DNA of 63,813 nt, filler included, from Octopus bimaculoides (lineage: Eukaryota): the NCBI RefSeq assembly GCF_001194135.2. It is 4 parts of 4 records of this genome, joined end to end, with 100 filler letters (N's around TTAATTAATTAA, not from the genome) between each part and the next. Parts side by side here need not be neighbours in the genome. Positions count along the whole stretch, not along the records: positions 1 to 12,261 come from NC_068991.1; positions 12,362 to 41,848 come from NC_068981.1; 2 more parts are not named here. The stretch is one strand, 5' to 3'. The notes beneath the pieces were generated by a model. That model was not told the origin of the DNA, did not search any database, and was given only the letters and a program-made list of their open reading frames with translations. The translations under genes and the position numbers were made by a program. Below are positions 1 through 12,983 of the stretch, piece by piece. The first letter of the stretch is position 1, and every line of letters begins with the position of its first letter.

Positions 1-26
1 ATATATATATATATATATATAGGGGT

Positions 27-269
27 AGGAGTGGTTGCATGGTAACTAGATTTCCTACGAACCACATGGTCCTGGGTTCAGTCCCACTGTGTGGCACCTT
101 GGGCAAGTGTTTCTACTATAGCCTTGGGCCGACCAAAGCCTTGTGAGTGGAGTTGGTATCCAGAAACTGAAAGAAGCCCGTCGTATATATGTATATATAT
201 ATGTATGTGTGTATATGTTTGTGTGTCTGTGTTTGTCCCCCAACATCGCTTGACAACCAATGCTGGTGT
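27..269 (+). mobile_element. tRNA-derived SINE, octopus-type family A (5' part)
   Basis: tRNA-like head (GGAGTGG...TGGTAA; GGTTCAGTCCC B-box-like) followed by GGCACCTTGGGCAAGTG; same sequence recurs at 7326, 10410(-), 57720. Confidence 0.85.
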
Positions 270-1654
270 GATGCAGTAGATAACAGGTAGCCTTCGGCTA
301 CCTTTTTGGACCCTGTTGTGTCCACTACTCTGATGTTGGTATTGGTTGGTATTGGCGCAACTTGTCTCTTGCTCTATTACGCTCCAAGATGCAACCCAAC
401 CAATCACAGCCTTCTGATAAGGTCATGTGAGACAGTCTCTTCTAAACCTCTGGTGAGTCGACTGCACTGTATAAAACTCTAGCTTCACACCATCTCGATG
501 TCATTCGGTTCCAGACCTTTTAAGGTCTAGCCACTGACCACACAGGACACAGCCAGTTCCAGCGACGACACAATAGCAGCCACATGGAGACTCATCAACG
601 CTCATCCAACAGCATACGGCAATCTCTTTCTGCGTCGCCTCTATCAGCTTCTTAATGTCGTCAACATCATCTCTCTGTGTACATAGCAACTAGCAACGCT
701 CACACAGGTTCTACCACAACACTGTTCGTGAATTACTTCACCATGGTTAACAGCAAATACAACCTGCGACAACCTCCTGTCACAAGTCACCAGCAGCAGC
801 ATTGTAGCCATGATTTCATGTAAAACATGTACCTCAACCAGCTCTGCATTACAGCCACAATTTCTTGATACAGCATTTCACCTATTGTGTACATTGACTA
901 CAAACTGGTATTTATCATCCTTGTGTCTGAACATTCTTCTAACTTCATATTATATACTCTTTCTATGCTCTGTACTTATCGCACATGCATACATCCATGT
1001 TTGTACACACATACTTTGTTCTCATGAGAGCCTGTCTATTATGTATGTTAACATATAAATAAAATCTTCTCTTAAACATTCTACCCAGTTGTGTCTCTCT
1101 TTCCCTTCTGGCACATATACGCATTTACTCTTTTCATATTTACTGTATCGACCATGTGATGTGCAAAGGAGCCATTCTGGTCACCTCACTTCGTACGGTC
1201 GTTTACAGTGTCTTGTCTTGATCTTGTTTGCTAAGTGTAAATAAACATCACCAACACAAACTGTCATTTGTTTGCATTTTTCATTGAGAAACATGTTCAC
1301 CCATTGTTCTGTTTGAGATCAAAGGACTTGAGGAAATATTTCCTCACTTGGAAACAGGTGAGGGTTGGCAACAAAAGAGCATCTGGAATGNNNNNNNNNN
1401 NNNNNNNNNNNNNNNNNNNNNNNNNNNNNNNNNNNNNNNNNNNNNNNNNNNNNNNNNNNNNNNNNNNNNNNNNNNNNNNNNNNNNNNNNNNNNNNNNNNN
1501 NNNNNNNNNNNNNNNNNNNNNNNNNNNNNNNNNNNNNNNNNNNNNNNNNNNNNNNNNNNNNNNNNNNNNNNNNNNNNNNNNNNNNNNNNNNNNNNNNNNN
1601 NNNNNNNNNNNNNNNNNNNNNNNNNNNNNNNNNNNNNNNNNNNNNNNNNNNNNN

Positions 1655-2915
1655 TGGGTTGGCAACTAAGTTCCCACCAGTTTTTTTAATTTAAATTCTT
1701 TAAAAGGTTTGAGAAAAAATAATTAATTTATCAATAATGTATTCACCCTTGTTGTTTACAACTTCTTCCCAACGTTCCACAAGATTTTCAATACCTCTGT
1801 GGTAGAAATCACCCGATTTCGACTCAAAAAATTGATCCAACCAAGCTCTCAATTCTGCATCAGTATTGAGCAAAACTCCACACATAGCATTTGAAAGAGA
1901 TTAAATGAGGTGGAAATCCATTGGTGCCAAATCAGGAGAGTACGGCGGGTGTGGCAGCACTTCCCAGCCATGTGTTTGAATGACTTCCTTGGTCATATTG
2001 GCGATATGAGGACCGCGTTGTCATGCAGCAGAAGACCTCCATGCTGCCAATTAGGTCTTTTCTCTTGAATAGCCATGTTGAATAGCCATGTTGAGTCATT
2101 CCATTTGTTGAACATAGAGTTCCGCGTTGACCATTTGGTTCTGTTCGAGCAATTCGTAATGGATAATCCCTTCCCAGTCCCACCATACGCACAACATCGT
2201 TTTACGCAGATGAAGATCTTGTTTCACGCGCGGTGTTGCTTGTTTACTAGGGCTAAGCCATTCCTTATGCTGCTTCATATTGATGTCCAGGCATCATTTT
2301 TCATCGCCAGTAACGATTCGGTAAAGAAATCGTTGTTTGTGTCCATAAGTTGAGCGATGACGAGCAAGCAGTCCAGCGGAGATTGTGGCTCGTTGATTTT
2401 TGTTTTTGTCACTTAAAGCATGCGGAACCCATGCTCCATACTTCTGAACCTTTCCCATCGAGTGAAGATGTTTCTCTATAGCAGTGTGGGAGTATTCCAT
2501 TATCTCTGCCAGTTCCCTTGAATTTTCGTGCAAAGGTTGGTTTAATCACTCGTCAGCGAACTCAACTGGACGGCCAAAATTTCTATTTTTGAACTTGGCA
2601 TACCAATCACAAGCGGTTCTTTCAACTATGGCACCCTCTCCATACACAGCACAAATGTCTCGAACAGCTTTTGCGGCATTAGAACCTTGATTAAAAGCAA
2701 AAAGAAGGTGTCGAAAATGCTCATTTTCTTAACTTGACATTACATTTTAATGATCTGAAAATAAACAAAAATTAACTAAAATTAACTAGAAAAAAACAAA
2801 ATAGATTCCAAAATGGCTCAAAAATAGAATTCTCACAAAAAATAGATTCCAAAATTTAAAAACGCAATGAATTCCAAAATTAAAAAAAACAGCAGGAACT
2901 TAGTTGCCAACCCAA
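1655..2915 (-). mobile_element. mariner (DD34D) transposon, decayed, both TIRs present
   Basis: TIRs TGGGTTGGCAACTAAGTTCC (1655) / GGAACTTAGTTGCCAACCCAA (to 2915) followed by TA; broken transposase peptides WVPHAL, RIVTGDEK, LCVWWDWEGIIHYELL, FYHRGIENLVERWEEVV. Confidence 0.95.
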
Positions 2916-3146
2916 TACTTTAATTAAAGAATTTTGTGTGACCTCTACAAGCTGGAAAAATTGATGTAAAAAACAAAAACGTAAAGCTAATGATCATGAT
3001 GTAATGATAATCATCTGTGTAATATGTTTTTGTAGAACACCATAATTGCTTTTAGAAAACTAAATATTTTAGCATTTGACTGCATAACAATTAGGTTACT
3101 CAAAAGTGGTCTGGGTGTGTCACATGGAATTACGCTCCATTAAATT

Positions 3147-3184
<38 letters not shown>

Positions 3185-3804
3185 AATGTTGCTTTCAATC
3201 AATTAAATTTGTTTTTCCATTTAATAGTCAAGCATTTGCTGAAAACATAATAGAAGTTTTCTGGGCATGTAAAGTTTTTTTTACCTCAAAACTGAAAAAC
3301 AACTTGTTAAAGAAAGCAATGAACTGTGAATATAACAATGAAATAAGCCAAAGTATTGGAACATATGTTGATAATGCTTGCTTACTCCATGTCTGGTTTA
3401 AAATACACACAAGTTGCATTTAGTAGGTTGTGACTGTTTCAAAATTCCAGTTTTTATATATAATCTTTGTGTGCCTGCATATATTCTCTTACAAGCTAGT
3501 GAGGCTATGTTTACCCTAGTTTGGGAAATCCCTGCTATAAAACACAATCTGCATACCCTCAATGAGCAGTCTGTATTTGGAGTTAGGTGGAAGAAAGCCA
3601 AATATAAAAAAATATGAGTTAGATAGTAGGTTGAATGTTAATACCAGAGATGCATGATAGAGATAGCAGACTGCTTTATGGTCAATGATTTCATTGGGTT
3701 GTTTTATTCATTCATTTTCCTCACCACTAGCTCAGGTTTCACATGTATGTGTGTGTACATTACCATCATCATTTTTATCATCAATGTCATCAACATCATC
3801 GTCA

Positions 3805-3950
3805 TTACTTGGGAAATAATTCGTAAGGCAAAGCCCCATAGAATAGGGGATAATAGATGTGACTCTTGTTTGGAAAAAATGTATCAAATTTTCACTTCTA
3901 AATTTACTCTTATAAACACTAGACAGGAATAGGCTGTGAGATGCCCATAC
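3805..3950 (+). mobile_element. Penelope-like element GIY-YIG endonuclease C-terminal fragment
   Basis: WEIIRKAKPHRIGDNRCDSCLEK...TLINTRQE matches the PLE W-x-I...PY...RCxLCxxEK...LNxRxE pattern. Confidence 0.65.
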
Positions 3951-4832
3951 TGGACAAAATATACATTAAAACAAATTAAATAAAAAAAAACTTACCATGT
4001 GTAGTAATTATACTAGTTAAAATAATGATTCTGATAATTAATGATATTTATGCAAATAATACTAATAAATATAATTATGATAATTATAATAACAATCTTA
4101 CAAATACTGAGTGTTATGTATATATATATATATATATGAAGGTTATATATATATATATATGTTAATTCTCTAAATGAGGTATTAACAGTAACTGCACGAT
4201 AAAGTGAAGTATATTGCCACTTAAATGTGGCTGACCCCTAGGGGTGGATGTGACTGTTGCTTTTAGCCCCAGGAGGACATCTCCTCCAGCTGGCTTATCG
4301 ACACACTTCTGTGTCCTGTTTGTTTTGCCAAGGGAAGTTATCCCTCTCATCGTGATCTGTAGCACAAACGGACNNNNNNNNNNNNNNNNNNNNNNNNNNN
4401 NNNNNNNNNNNNNNNNNNNNNNNNNNNNNNNNNNNNNNNNNNNNNNNNNNNNNNNNNNNNNNNNNNNNNNNNNNNNNNNNNNNNNNNNNNNNNNNNNNNN
4501 NNNNNNNNNNNNNNNNNNNNNNNNNNNNNNNNNNNNNNNNNNNNNNNNNNNNNNNNNNNNNNNNNNNNNNNNNNNNNNNNNNNNNNNNNNNNNNNNNNNN
4601 NNNNNNNNNNNNNNNNNNNNNNNNNNNNNNNNNNNNNNNNNNNNNNNNNNNNNNNNNNNNNNNNNNNNNNNNNNNNNNNNNNNNNNNNNNNNNNNNNNNN
4701 NNNNNNNNNNNNNNNNNNNNNNNNNNNNNNNNNNNNNNNNNNNNNNNNNNNNNNNNNNNNNNNNNNNNNNNNNNNNNNNNNNNNNNNNNNNNNNNNNNNN
4801 NNNNNNNNNNNNNNNNNNNNNNNNNNNNNNNN

Positions 4833-4869
<37 letters not shown>

Positions 4870-4871
<2 letters not shown>

Positions 4872-5092
4872 TCGTTTAACGTCCGCTTTCCATGCTAGCA
4901 TGGGTTGGACGATTTGACTGAGGACTGGTGAAACCGGATGGCTACACCAGGCTCCAATCTGATTTGGCAGAGTTTCTACAGCTGGATGCCCTTCCTAATG
5001 CCAACCACTCCGAGAGTGTAGTGGGTGCTTTTACGTACCACCAGCACAAGGGCCAGTCAGGTGGTACTGGCAGCAGCCACGCTCAAAATGGT
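4870..5092 (-). mobile_element. SINE/RTE-tail repeat (family D), minus copy
   Basis: Reverse complement of 5400-5610 (GGAAGGGCATCCAGCTGTAGAAACTCTGCC...CCCATGCTAGCATGGAAAG). Confidence 0.8.
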
Positions 5093-5349
5093 GCATGTCC
5101 GTCAATTGCTCTTTTTTAAAGTATCACCTGTTTATCATGGCAATCAGTTAACAGGTGATCTTCTTGTTTTACCTTTCATGCTTGTATATTAAAATTTACC
5201 TAATAATGGCAGGTTTTTGCTATGATGTAATCTAATGCATCAATAAAATGCTGCCGAAACAGACGTGAAATTTGAACCCCACTTTTGTTCTTCTTTATAC
5301 ATACACTACACCTGGAACCAACCTTTTGTAAGGTATAAGGGATATATAT

Positions 5350-5636
5350 GGCACCTGTGCCCAGCGTCGCCTTCCTGGTAGGTGGCACGTAAAATACACC
5401 ATTTTGAGCGTGGCCGTTGCCAGTACCGCCAGACAGGCCTTCGTGCCGGTGGCACGTAAAAGCACCAACTACACTCTCGGAGTGGTTGGCATTAGGAAGG
5501 GCATCCAGCTGTAGAAACTCTGCCAGATCAGATTGGAGCCTGGTGCAGCCATCTGGTTCACCAGTCCTCAGTCAAATCGTCCAACCCATGCTAGCATGGA
5601 AAGCAGACGTTAAACGATGATGATGATGATGATGAT
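5350..5636 (+). mobile_element. SINE/RTE-tail repeat (family D), plus copy ending in (GAT)n
   Basis: Homologous to 4870-5092; ends GACGTTAAACGATGATGATG. Confidence 0.8.
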
Positions 5637-6019
5637 TGGATTTGATACCTATGTGTATATGTATCATCATCATTATCATTTAACATCCATCTTCCATGCA
5701 TGCACAGGTAGTATGGTTCACAGGAGCAGGCCAGGTAGAAAAACTACCCTGTTTTGACATGGTTTTTACGGTAGGATACCCTTCCTAACATCTACCACCC
5801 TGTGTGTGTGTGTATGTGTGTGTTTAAACTCACAATATACTACAACTGACAACTAAAGGTTGTTTTACTTTACTGTGAACTCAGCAACTCCTGGTTTTTT
5901 CTTTGTTGATATGCATAGAATTTAATGAATTCTGTAACTTATCACTTTCTGTCTGTCACCACAGGTATATGTGTTTGCACGCATGTGTGTGTGTGTGTGT
6001 CTATGTGTGTGTGTGTCTA

Positions 6020-6050
<31 letters not shown>

Positions 6051-6066
6051 ATGTATGTATTTATGT

Positions 6067-6402
6067 GGAGGCGCAATGGCCCAGTGGTTAGGGCAGCGGA
6101 CTCACGGTCATAGGATCGCGGTTTCGATTCCCAGACCGGGCGTTGTGAGTATTTATTGAGTGAAAAACCCCACGAGGCTCCGGCAGGGGATGGTGGCGAA
6201 CCCTGCTGTACTCTTCCACCACAACTTTCTCTCACTCTTACTTCCTGTTTCTGCTGTGCCTGTAATTCAAAGGGTCAGCCTTGTCACACAGTGTCACACT
6301 GGATATCCCCGAGAACTACGTTAAGGGTACACGTGTCTGTGGAGTGCTCAGCCACTTGCACATTAATTTCACGAGCAAGCTGTTCCGTTGATCGGACCAA
6401 CT
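6067..6402 (+). mobile_element. tRNA-derived SINE, family B
   Basis: A box TGGCCCAGTGG (6077) and B box GGTTTCGATTCC (6121), followed by a long non-tRNA body running into a gap. Confidence 0.8.
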
Positions 6403-7325
6403 NNNNNNNNNNNNNNNNNNNNNNNNNNNNNNNNNNNNNNNNNNNNNNNNNNNNNNNNNNNNNNNNNNNNNNNNNNNNNNNNNNNNNNNNNNNNNNNNNN
6501 NNNNNNNNNNNNNNNNNNNNNNNNNNNNNNNNNNNNNNNNNNNNNNNNNNNNNNNNNNNNNNNNNNNNNNNNNNNNNNNNNNNNNNNNNNNNNNNNNNNN
6601 NNNNNNNNNNNNNNNNNNNNNNNNNNNNNNNNNNNNNNNNNNNNNNNNNNNNNNNNNNNNNNNNNNNNNNNNNNNNNNNNNNNNNNNNNNNNNNNNNNNN
6701 NNNNNNNNNNNNNNNNNNNNNNNNNNNNNNNNNNNNNNNNNNNNNNNNNNNNNNNNNNNNNNNNNNNNNNNNNNNNNNNNNNNNNNNNNNNNNNNNNNNN
6801 NNNNNNNNNNNNNNNNNNNNNNNNNNNNNNNNNNNNNNNNNNNNNNNNNNNNNNNNNNNNNNNNNNNNNNNNNNNNNNNNNNNNNNNNNNNNNNNNNNNN
6901 NNNNNNNNNNNNNNNNNNNNNNNNNNNNNNNNNNNNNNNNNNNNNNNNNNNNNNNNNNNNNNNNNNNNNNNNNNNNNNNNNNNNNNNNNNNNNNNNNNNN
7001 NNNNNNNNNNNNNNNNNNNNNNNNNNNNNNNNNNNNNNNNNNNNNNNNNNNNNNNNNNNNNNNNNNNNNNNNNNNNNNNNNNNNNNNNNNNNNNNNNNNN
7101 NNNNNNNNNNNNNNNNNNNNNNNNNNNNNNNNNNNNNNNNNNNNNNNNNNNNNNNNNNNNNNNNNNNNNNNNNNNNNNNNNNNNNNNNNNNNNNNNNNNN
7201 NNNNNNNNNNNNNNNNNNNNNNNNNNNNNNNNNNNNNNNNNNNNNNNNNNNNNNNNNNNNNNNNNCATATGTATATCTATACATACACATATATATATAA
7301 ATATAAAATTATATATATAGACACA

Positions 7326-7458
7326 GGAGTGGCTGTGTGGTAAGTAGCCTGCTTACCAACCTCATGGTTCTGGGTTCAGTCCCACTGCGTGGCACCTTGG
7401 GCAAGTGTCTTCTACTATAGCCTTGGGCTGACCAAAGCCTTGTGAGTGGATTTGGTAA
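7326..7458 (+). mobile_element. SINE family A, 5' part
   Basis: Near-identical to the 27-170 head and core. Confidence 0.85.
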
Positions 7459-7509
7459 ATAGATATATATCTATCTATCTATCTATATATATATATATAT
7501 ATATATATA

Positions 7510-7900
7510 TCTTTCTTCCACTTCCTCATTTCTCCAGCGTTCACCACTTCACCTCATTATGGCTTAACGGCCCTTACCATTTGTTTTTAGTGTTTTGTTC
7601 TTATTGTCCTGTTTTTGTCACCACTTTAACCCTCCGCAAATCCCAATTTCTTTTTAATTTGCTTTGTGGGAATGACTGTTTTAACGAAGTCACGTCTTGT
7701 ACCTACGTTTGAAACACGGAGTAGATAAAACAGGGGACAACTGATGAAGGGAATGTTTTTTTATGTTGCTTGTCTCGTTTCTCTGTTTGTTTCTTTAATT
7801 GTTCGAAAAAAAAGTTCATTTTCCATGTTTTTGTTTTTTATGTTCTCATTTGTCATTTTGTTCATGTTTTTTCATCGTCCCGTACCCATATATGCATCTA
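7510..7900 (+). mobile_element. Pyrimidine-rich interspersed repeat, probable PLE terminal (pLTR) region
   Basis: Similar to 24330-24770 (GGC-TAAC-GCCCTTA, CCCTCCGCAAA, AACGAAGTC-CGT, GTCTCGTTTCTCTGTTT, GTTCG-AAAAAAGTTC). Confidence 0.5.
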
Positions 7901-7976
7901 TATATACATACATATGATACATATGTAGGTACGTACATGTATGCATGTATATATGCATATATATATATATATTATT

Positions 7977-8018
<42 letters not shown>

Positions 8019-8299
8019 NNNNNNNNNNATGCAAGTGTGTTTTATCAATGTTTACAAATAACATGGAAGAAATAACTAAATAGTTACCAAGGTAGCAAAA
8101 ATTCACACAAGTACCAAGGATGTAACAGCCTACTTATAAAGGTAGAAACTCCAGATTTAGGTGAAATGTTTTGTACAATATAGATAAATAAATAAATGGA
8201 GTTAAACGTAGGTGTTATTCAAATCTTTTTACTTCCGACATATGTTTCGAAGAAAACATTGGTATTATTCCAGAAGGAATAAAATGGTGTAAAACAATG

Positions 8300-8960
8300 C
8301 AAAACGGTTTGGTTAATAATTCCATATGGTAAGTAGATCAAATTCAATCCCCCTTACCAGTTTTGTGAAGCTATAGAAAAAAATTGCCCAACAGATTCAA
8401 GATACTATTTGATTATTACTTTACACCGAATCAGGATAGGTTTTTCTAACACAAAAATATTTCACAAATCATCTCTTTGCATAATAATAAGTTGTTAAAT
8501 ACGAATCCACTTAACGAAAATACTAACACTGATTTTGTTAACACTAACCATTCCTTAAATAATAATAACAGCGGGGTTATTGTTTCTGAAGTTGACTCCA
8601 ATCACATTCATTTTCTTAGCAGTAACTCTAAGACTAGAAACTCTATTTATCAATGTAAAATTACTTCCAGTTCTGAAGTTTTTTTATTATAAGGTAGTTC
8701 TTCATCTCAGTTGTCCAAAAGAATATCTAAACATTACTCTACATTTAGACATATAAATAAACGTAACAATACTGGGCTTAGTAAATTAAAAGGGGATTTA
8801 AAGGATCATAATAAACAATTTGATTTGGAATGGAATACCGTCTCTATATCTTTACCGTATGATAAAGGTAAATCTTTTTGTTCGCTTTGTAACAGTGGAA
8901 TCTATTTCATCCTGTTCTCAGATAATCTCCTTGTAAACCCGTTTATAGAACATGACTGAA
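8300..8960 (+). mobile_element. Penelope-like element fragment (linker plus GIY-YIG endonuclease), frameshifted
   Basis: SSLHNNKLL...NSIYQCKITSS...KRISKHYSTFRH...NNTGLSK..DLKDHNKQFDLEW...PYDKGKSFCSLCN. Confidence 0.8.
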
Positions 8961-9295
8961 AGAAAATGAAACATGCATTTTTATTGTCAAGTAAATTTTT
9001 CAGGTCACTGATTTCAATTTTTTCTTTCTTCTTATCTAACATAAATATCTGGAAAACATATTGTTGCATTCTTATCACGTTTAACTTTCACTGATTTTTG
9101 CCTTTTGTATAAACATAATTCTCATCATGTATCAAGCTGTGCTTGTTAGATTAATAAATTTCTAAAGAAAAACGAAAAAGTTACTTTTTAATACCTTGGT
9201 TTCATAAAGAAATTGGAGAGTAAATTGTGCAGTTTTTGAAATGCATGAATGAACATTGTGACTGGTATTCACTAAGCAAGTATGACTGTGGTAAG

Positions 9296-9346
<51 letters not shown>

Positions 9347-9429
9347 AATATGTATGTGCATGTGCATGTGTGCATGAGTGTGCACATGCACACACATGCA
9401 CATTTATATGTATGTGTGTGTGTGTGTGT

Positions 9430-9680
9430 CTTTGTGTCTGTATTTGTCCTTCACCACTGCTTGACAACCAGTGTTTGTGTGTTTTGTGTCTCCATAACTT
9501 AGTGGCTTGGCAAAAGAGACTGATAGAATAAGTACCAATAATAATACCAATAAATGTAATAATAATAATAATAAAAGGAGAAAAACAAGTACTGTGATGA
9601 ATTTTTGCAACTAAACATTTCAAGATGGTGCTCCAGCATGGCCGCAGTCTAATGATTGAAACAAGTTAAAGATAAAGCAA
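9430..9680 (+). mobile_element. SINE family A, 3' half
   Basis: CTTGACAACC...GCAAAAGAGACTGATAGAATAAGTAC...GGTGCTCCAGCATGGCCGCAGTC...GAAACAAG tail. Confidence 0.8.
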
Positions 9681-9749
9681 GCAAGTATGACAAATCTGAG
9701 ACACTTAATATTTTAGTGGTTGATATACTCTTTACTCTTTACTCTTTAC

Positions 9750-10410
9750 TCTTTACTCTTTTTACTCTTTTACTTGTTTCAGTCATTTGACTGCGGCCAT
9801 GCTGGAGCACCGCCTTTTAGTCGAGAAAATCGACCCCAGGACTTATTCTTTGGAAGCCTAGTACTTATTCTATCGGTCTCTTTTGCCAAACTGCTAAATT
9901 ACAGGGATGTAAACACACCACCATCGGTTGTCAAGCGATGCTGGGGGGGGGGTGACAAACACAGACACACAAACATATACACACACATACATACATATAT
10001 ATACATGTATACGACAGGCTTCTTTCAGTTTCCATCTACCAAATCCACTCACAAGGCTTTGGTCGGCCTGAGGCTATAGTAGANNNNNNNNNNCTTATTC
10101 TTTGGAAGCCTAGTACTTATTCTATCGGTCTCTTTTGCCAAACTGCTAAATTACAGGGATGTAAACACACCACCATCGGTTGTCAAGCGATGCTGGGGGG
10201 GGGGTGACAAACACAGACACACAAACATATACACACACATACATACATATATATACATGTATACGACAGGCTTCTTTCAGTTTCCATCTACCAAATCCAC
10301 TCACAAGGCTTTGGTCGGCCTGAGGCTATAGTAGAAGACACTCGCCCAAGGTGCCACGCAGTGGGACTGAACCCAGAACCATGTGGTTGGTAAGCAAACT
10401 ACTTACCACA
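9750..10410 (-). mobile_element. SINE family A, full length (part duplicated across a 10-N gap)
   Basis: Head at about 10410, tail TTTACTTGTTTCAGTC at about 9770; 9844-10084 is repeated at 10094-10334. Confidence 0.85.
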
Positions 10411-10715
10411 CAGCCACTCCTGCGCCTATTTATTAAAGTTGATGTTATTTTTAAGCCATAAATTTGCCCTGAGAGGACAAGCTCAAACCCATGATAAAAG
10501 GTGTTCTAGCTGAAACTATATTTTCTTTTTTTCGTATCTAATGCATATGGAACCATATTTTCTAACTTGAGTAATCTCCTAAGTAAAAATGAGCCTAAAG
10601 CTATAAAATAATCCTGTAGCTAAAACAAGTTCATTGATAGAACCTTACAGGTTAGTAACAGTAGTGAAAGAATGTGCTAGAATCTTTTCTACTCTAGGCA
10701 CAAGACCTTTGGCTG

Positions 10716-11150
10716 TCAATCGTAAATGACACTCTTTTTGTGTGGATCCCAGTAGGCCAGCAGGAATTTCCAGAAGTGCAAGCATGGTCTGAAGATCTCC
10801 ATTCTGGTGTTAAGGATGTTCCTTGGATCGAGGGAGTCCTTTAGTATCCTTGCCCATTCAGCTATGCATAGTTTACAATGCTTGGTGTCATTTATGTAGG
10901 GGCCTGGATTTTTTAGGATTCTCCATGATATTATGTGTGGAATTCCATTGTCTTCAGCTGCCATACATGGCTGGCTAATGATGTAATGTACCTCCTTTCC
11001 AGTATCTTGAAGGGGGGGGGGGTCTGTGGTTGGAGAGGTGTTGCTTGAATGTATTACCAGAGCATCCAATGTATCTCCATGTGCGGGTATTGGTGATGTT
11101 GTATCTGCTGGTGTTGACGCTGCTGTTTGTGTTGGTGTTGTTGAAGGTAG
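10716..11150 (-). mobile_element. Penelope-like element GIY-YIG endonuclease fragment
   Basis: RYIGCSGNTFKQHLSNH, then after a frameshift ISWRILKNPGPYINDTKHCKLCIAEWARIL...NILNTRMEIFRPCLH. Confidence 0.85.
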
Positions 11151-11509
11151 CAGTGGTGCAGGTACCACTACTACTAGCGTTGGGAATGGTGCTGTTGTTG
11201 TCATGGTCACTTTTATATATACACATATATATATATGTATATATATGTATATATGTATATGTATATGTATTTGTATGTATGTATGTATGTGCATGCGTGT
11301 GTTTGCGTATGTATACATGTATGTATATGTATATGCGAATCTGTTTATTTGATTAGGTAATAGGCGTAGAGGTATAGCTATGTGTATGTGCATGAATATA
11401 TTTCTATTTATACANNNNNNNNNNNNNNNNNNNNNNNNNNNNNNNNNNNNNNNNNNNNNNNNNNNNNNNNNNNNNNNNNNNNNNNNNNNNNNNNNNNNNN
11501 NNNNNNNNN

Positions 11510-12260
11510 AGGCAGGTTAACTAGGAAGTTAGTTTTTATATGTGGCATCTGTTCAGGCGCAATAAACACTGAAAATGTGCAGAAAACAACTTCTGTCACA
11601 TTCCAGGGAGAAAAACTGGACGTAGTTGATAGCTTCCTATATCTGGGTGACCAAGTTAGTAGTTGGGGTGGGTGCGCTGAAAGTGTGGCTGCTAGAATAA
11701 GAATAGCCTGGGCAAAGTTCAGAGAGCTCTTACCTCTGCTGGCGACAAAGGGCCTCTCACTCAGAGTAAAAGGCAGACTGTATGACACATGTGTACAAAC
11801 AGCCATGCTACATGGTAGTGAAACATGGGCTGAGACTAATGAGGACATGCGTAAGCTCACAAAGAACGAAGCCAGTATGCTCTGATGGATGAGTAATGTC
11901 AGTGTGCATACACGACAGAGTGTAAGTATCTTGAGAGAAAAGTTGAACCTAAGAAGCATCAGTTGTGGTGTGCAAGAGAGACGATTGCACTGGTACGGAC
12001 ATGTGGCAAGAATGGATGAGGATAGCTGTGTGAAAAAGTGCCACATCCTAGCAGTTGAGGGAACCCGTGGAAGAAGCAGGCCCAGGAAGACCTGGGCTGA
12101 GGTGGTGAAGTACAACCTCCAAACATTAGGCCTCACCGAGGCAATGACTTGTGACCGAGACCTTTGGAAATATGCTGTGCTGTATGTGAGAAGACCCAGC
12201 AAGCTAAGTGAGACCAAAATCCAAGGCCTCTACCAGGGATGTAGCCAGCCCACTTACGCA
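11510..12260 (+). mobile_element. RTE-clade LINE, 3' RT/thumb remnant
   Basis: LDVVDSFLYLGD, AWAKFREL, MLHGSETW, RLHWYGHVARM, GRSRPRKTW; one in-frame stop at 11883. Confidence 0.92.
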
Positions 12261-12430
12261 TNNNNNNNNNNNNNNNNNNNNNNNNNNNNNNNNNNNNNNN
12301 NNNNNTTAATTAATTAANNNNNNNNNNNNNNNNNNNNNNNNNNNNNNNNNNNNNNNNNNNNGTTGTCTCTTGAGGTCTCTGGGTGAGACTTGGATCCAAC
12401 TTGTACAAATGCAAAACAAAAGTCAAACAT

Positions 12431-12432
12431 AA

Positions 12433-12501
<69 letters not shown>
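12431..12501. repeat. (AAT)n microsatellite, representative of dozens of (AT)n/(AC)n/(AG)n and trinucleotide tracts in the window
   Basis: Directly visible; others at e.g. 14160-14252, 17260-17375, 27110-27220, 50500-50580, 52490-52625. Confidence 0.98.
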
Positions 12502-12502
<1 letters not shown>

Positions 12503-12587
12503 TGAAAACAAAAGAATGAATGAGACCTCGATATTATGTAAATAGAGGAATTTATCTATAATATAATATGTGACAATTAGTCGGTTG

Positions 12588-12655
12588 CCATAAGAGAACT
12601 CAGAGTTTCGGATGTCGGGTCGGAATTCTGCTCCGGCATCTCGTCAGTTATTAAG
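12588..12655 (-). ncRNA. Type-I hammerhead ribozyme motif, family 2 (copy b)
   Basis: Minus strand: AAUAA-CUGACGA-GAUG...CAUC-C-GAAA-CUCUGAG-UU; stem I 3' arm is degenerate. Confidence 0.65.
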
Positions 12656-12945
12656 ACAAAGAAAAATGCTATGAAAATGACCGCAATGAAACTATGAAAA
12701 TTTCTCCGCAATCAGTGTAATAGACTACAAGACACCACCCGCCTCAAATTTTAGATTTTGTGCCTATGTCAAAAATAATTTCGTGCTCTTCAACGAATCA
12801 TATCCTACCGTATATATTAATTCAATTGAATTCTTGTTATTTACGTCACATAACTAGATACGGAAATATCTTTCACCATCACGTGGCAAAAAAAAAAAAA
12901 TCAGCAGCGGTAAAGAAATAGTTTAACGTATACCATGTTTTCATG

Positions 12946-12983
<38 letters not shown>

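Noticed and set aside
300-1290. Possible decayed LTR-retrotransposon 3' end and LTR
   Set aside because: Only vague peptide resemblance; no PPT, TSD or second LTR could be identified.
6067-6140. tRNA gene-like A and B boxes
   Set aside because: Continues into a SINE body with no acceptor stem or terminator; a SINE head, not a tRNA.
7741-7790. CTGATGAAGGG motif, and GTCGCG/CGCGGC stem at 24607-24638
   Set aside because: No downstream GAAA or stem III, so not a complete ribozyme.
8233-8279. Minus-strand 3' half of a hammerhead (GAAAC-AUAU-GUC-GGAA)
   Set aside because: The CUGANGA core and stem II cannot be reconstructed; at best a decayed copy.
9844-10334. Exact 240-bp direct duplication
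   Set aside because: The copies flank a 10-N gap; most likely an unmerged contig overlap.
12306-12317. TTAATTAATTAA islands inside N gaps (also 41893-41904 and 55194-55205)
   Set aside because: Identical 12-mers centred in gaps that give stops in all six frames; an assembly spacer, not biology.
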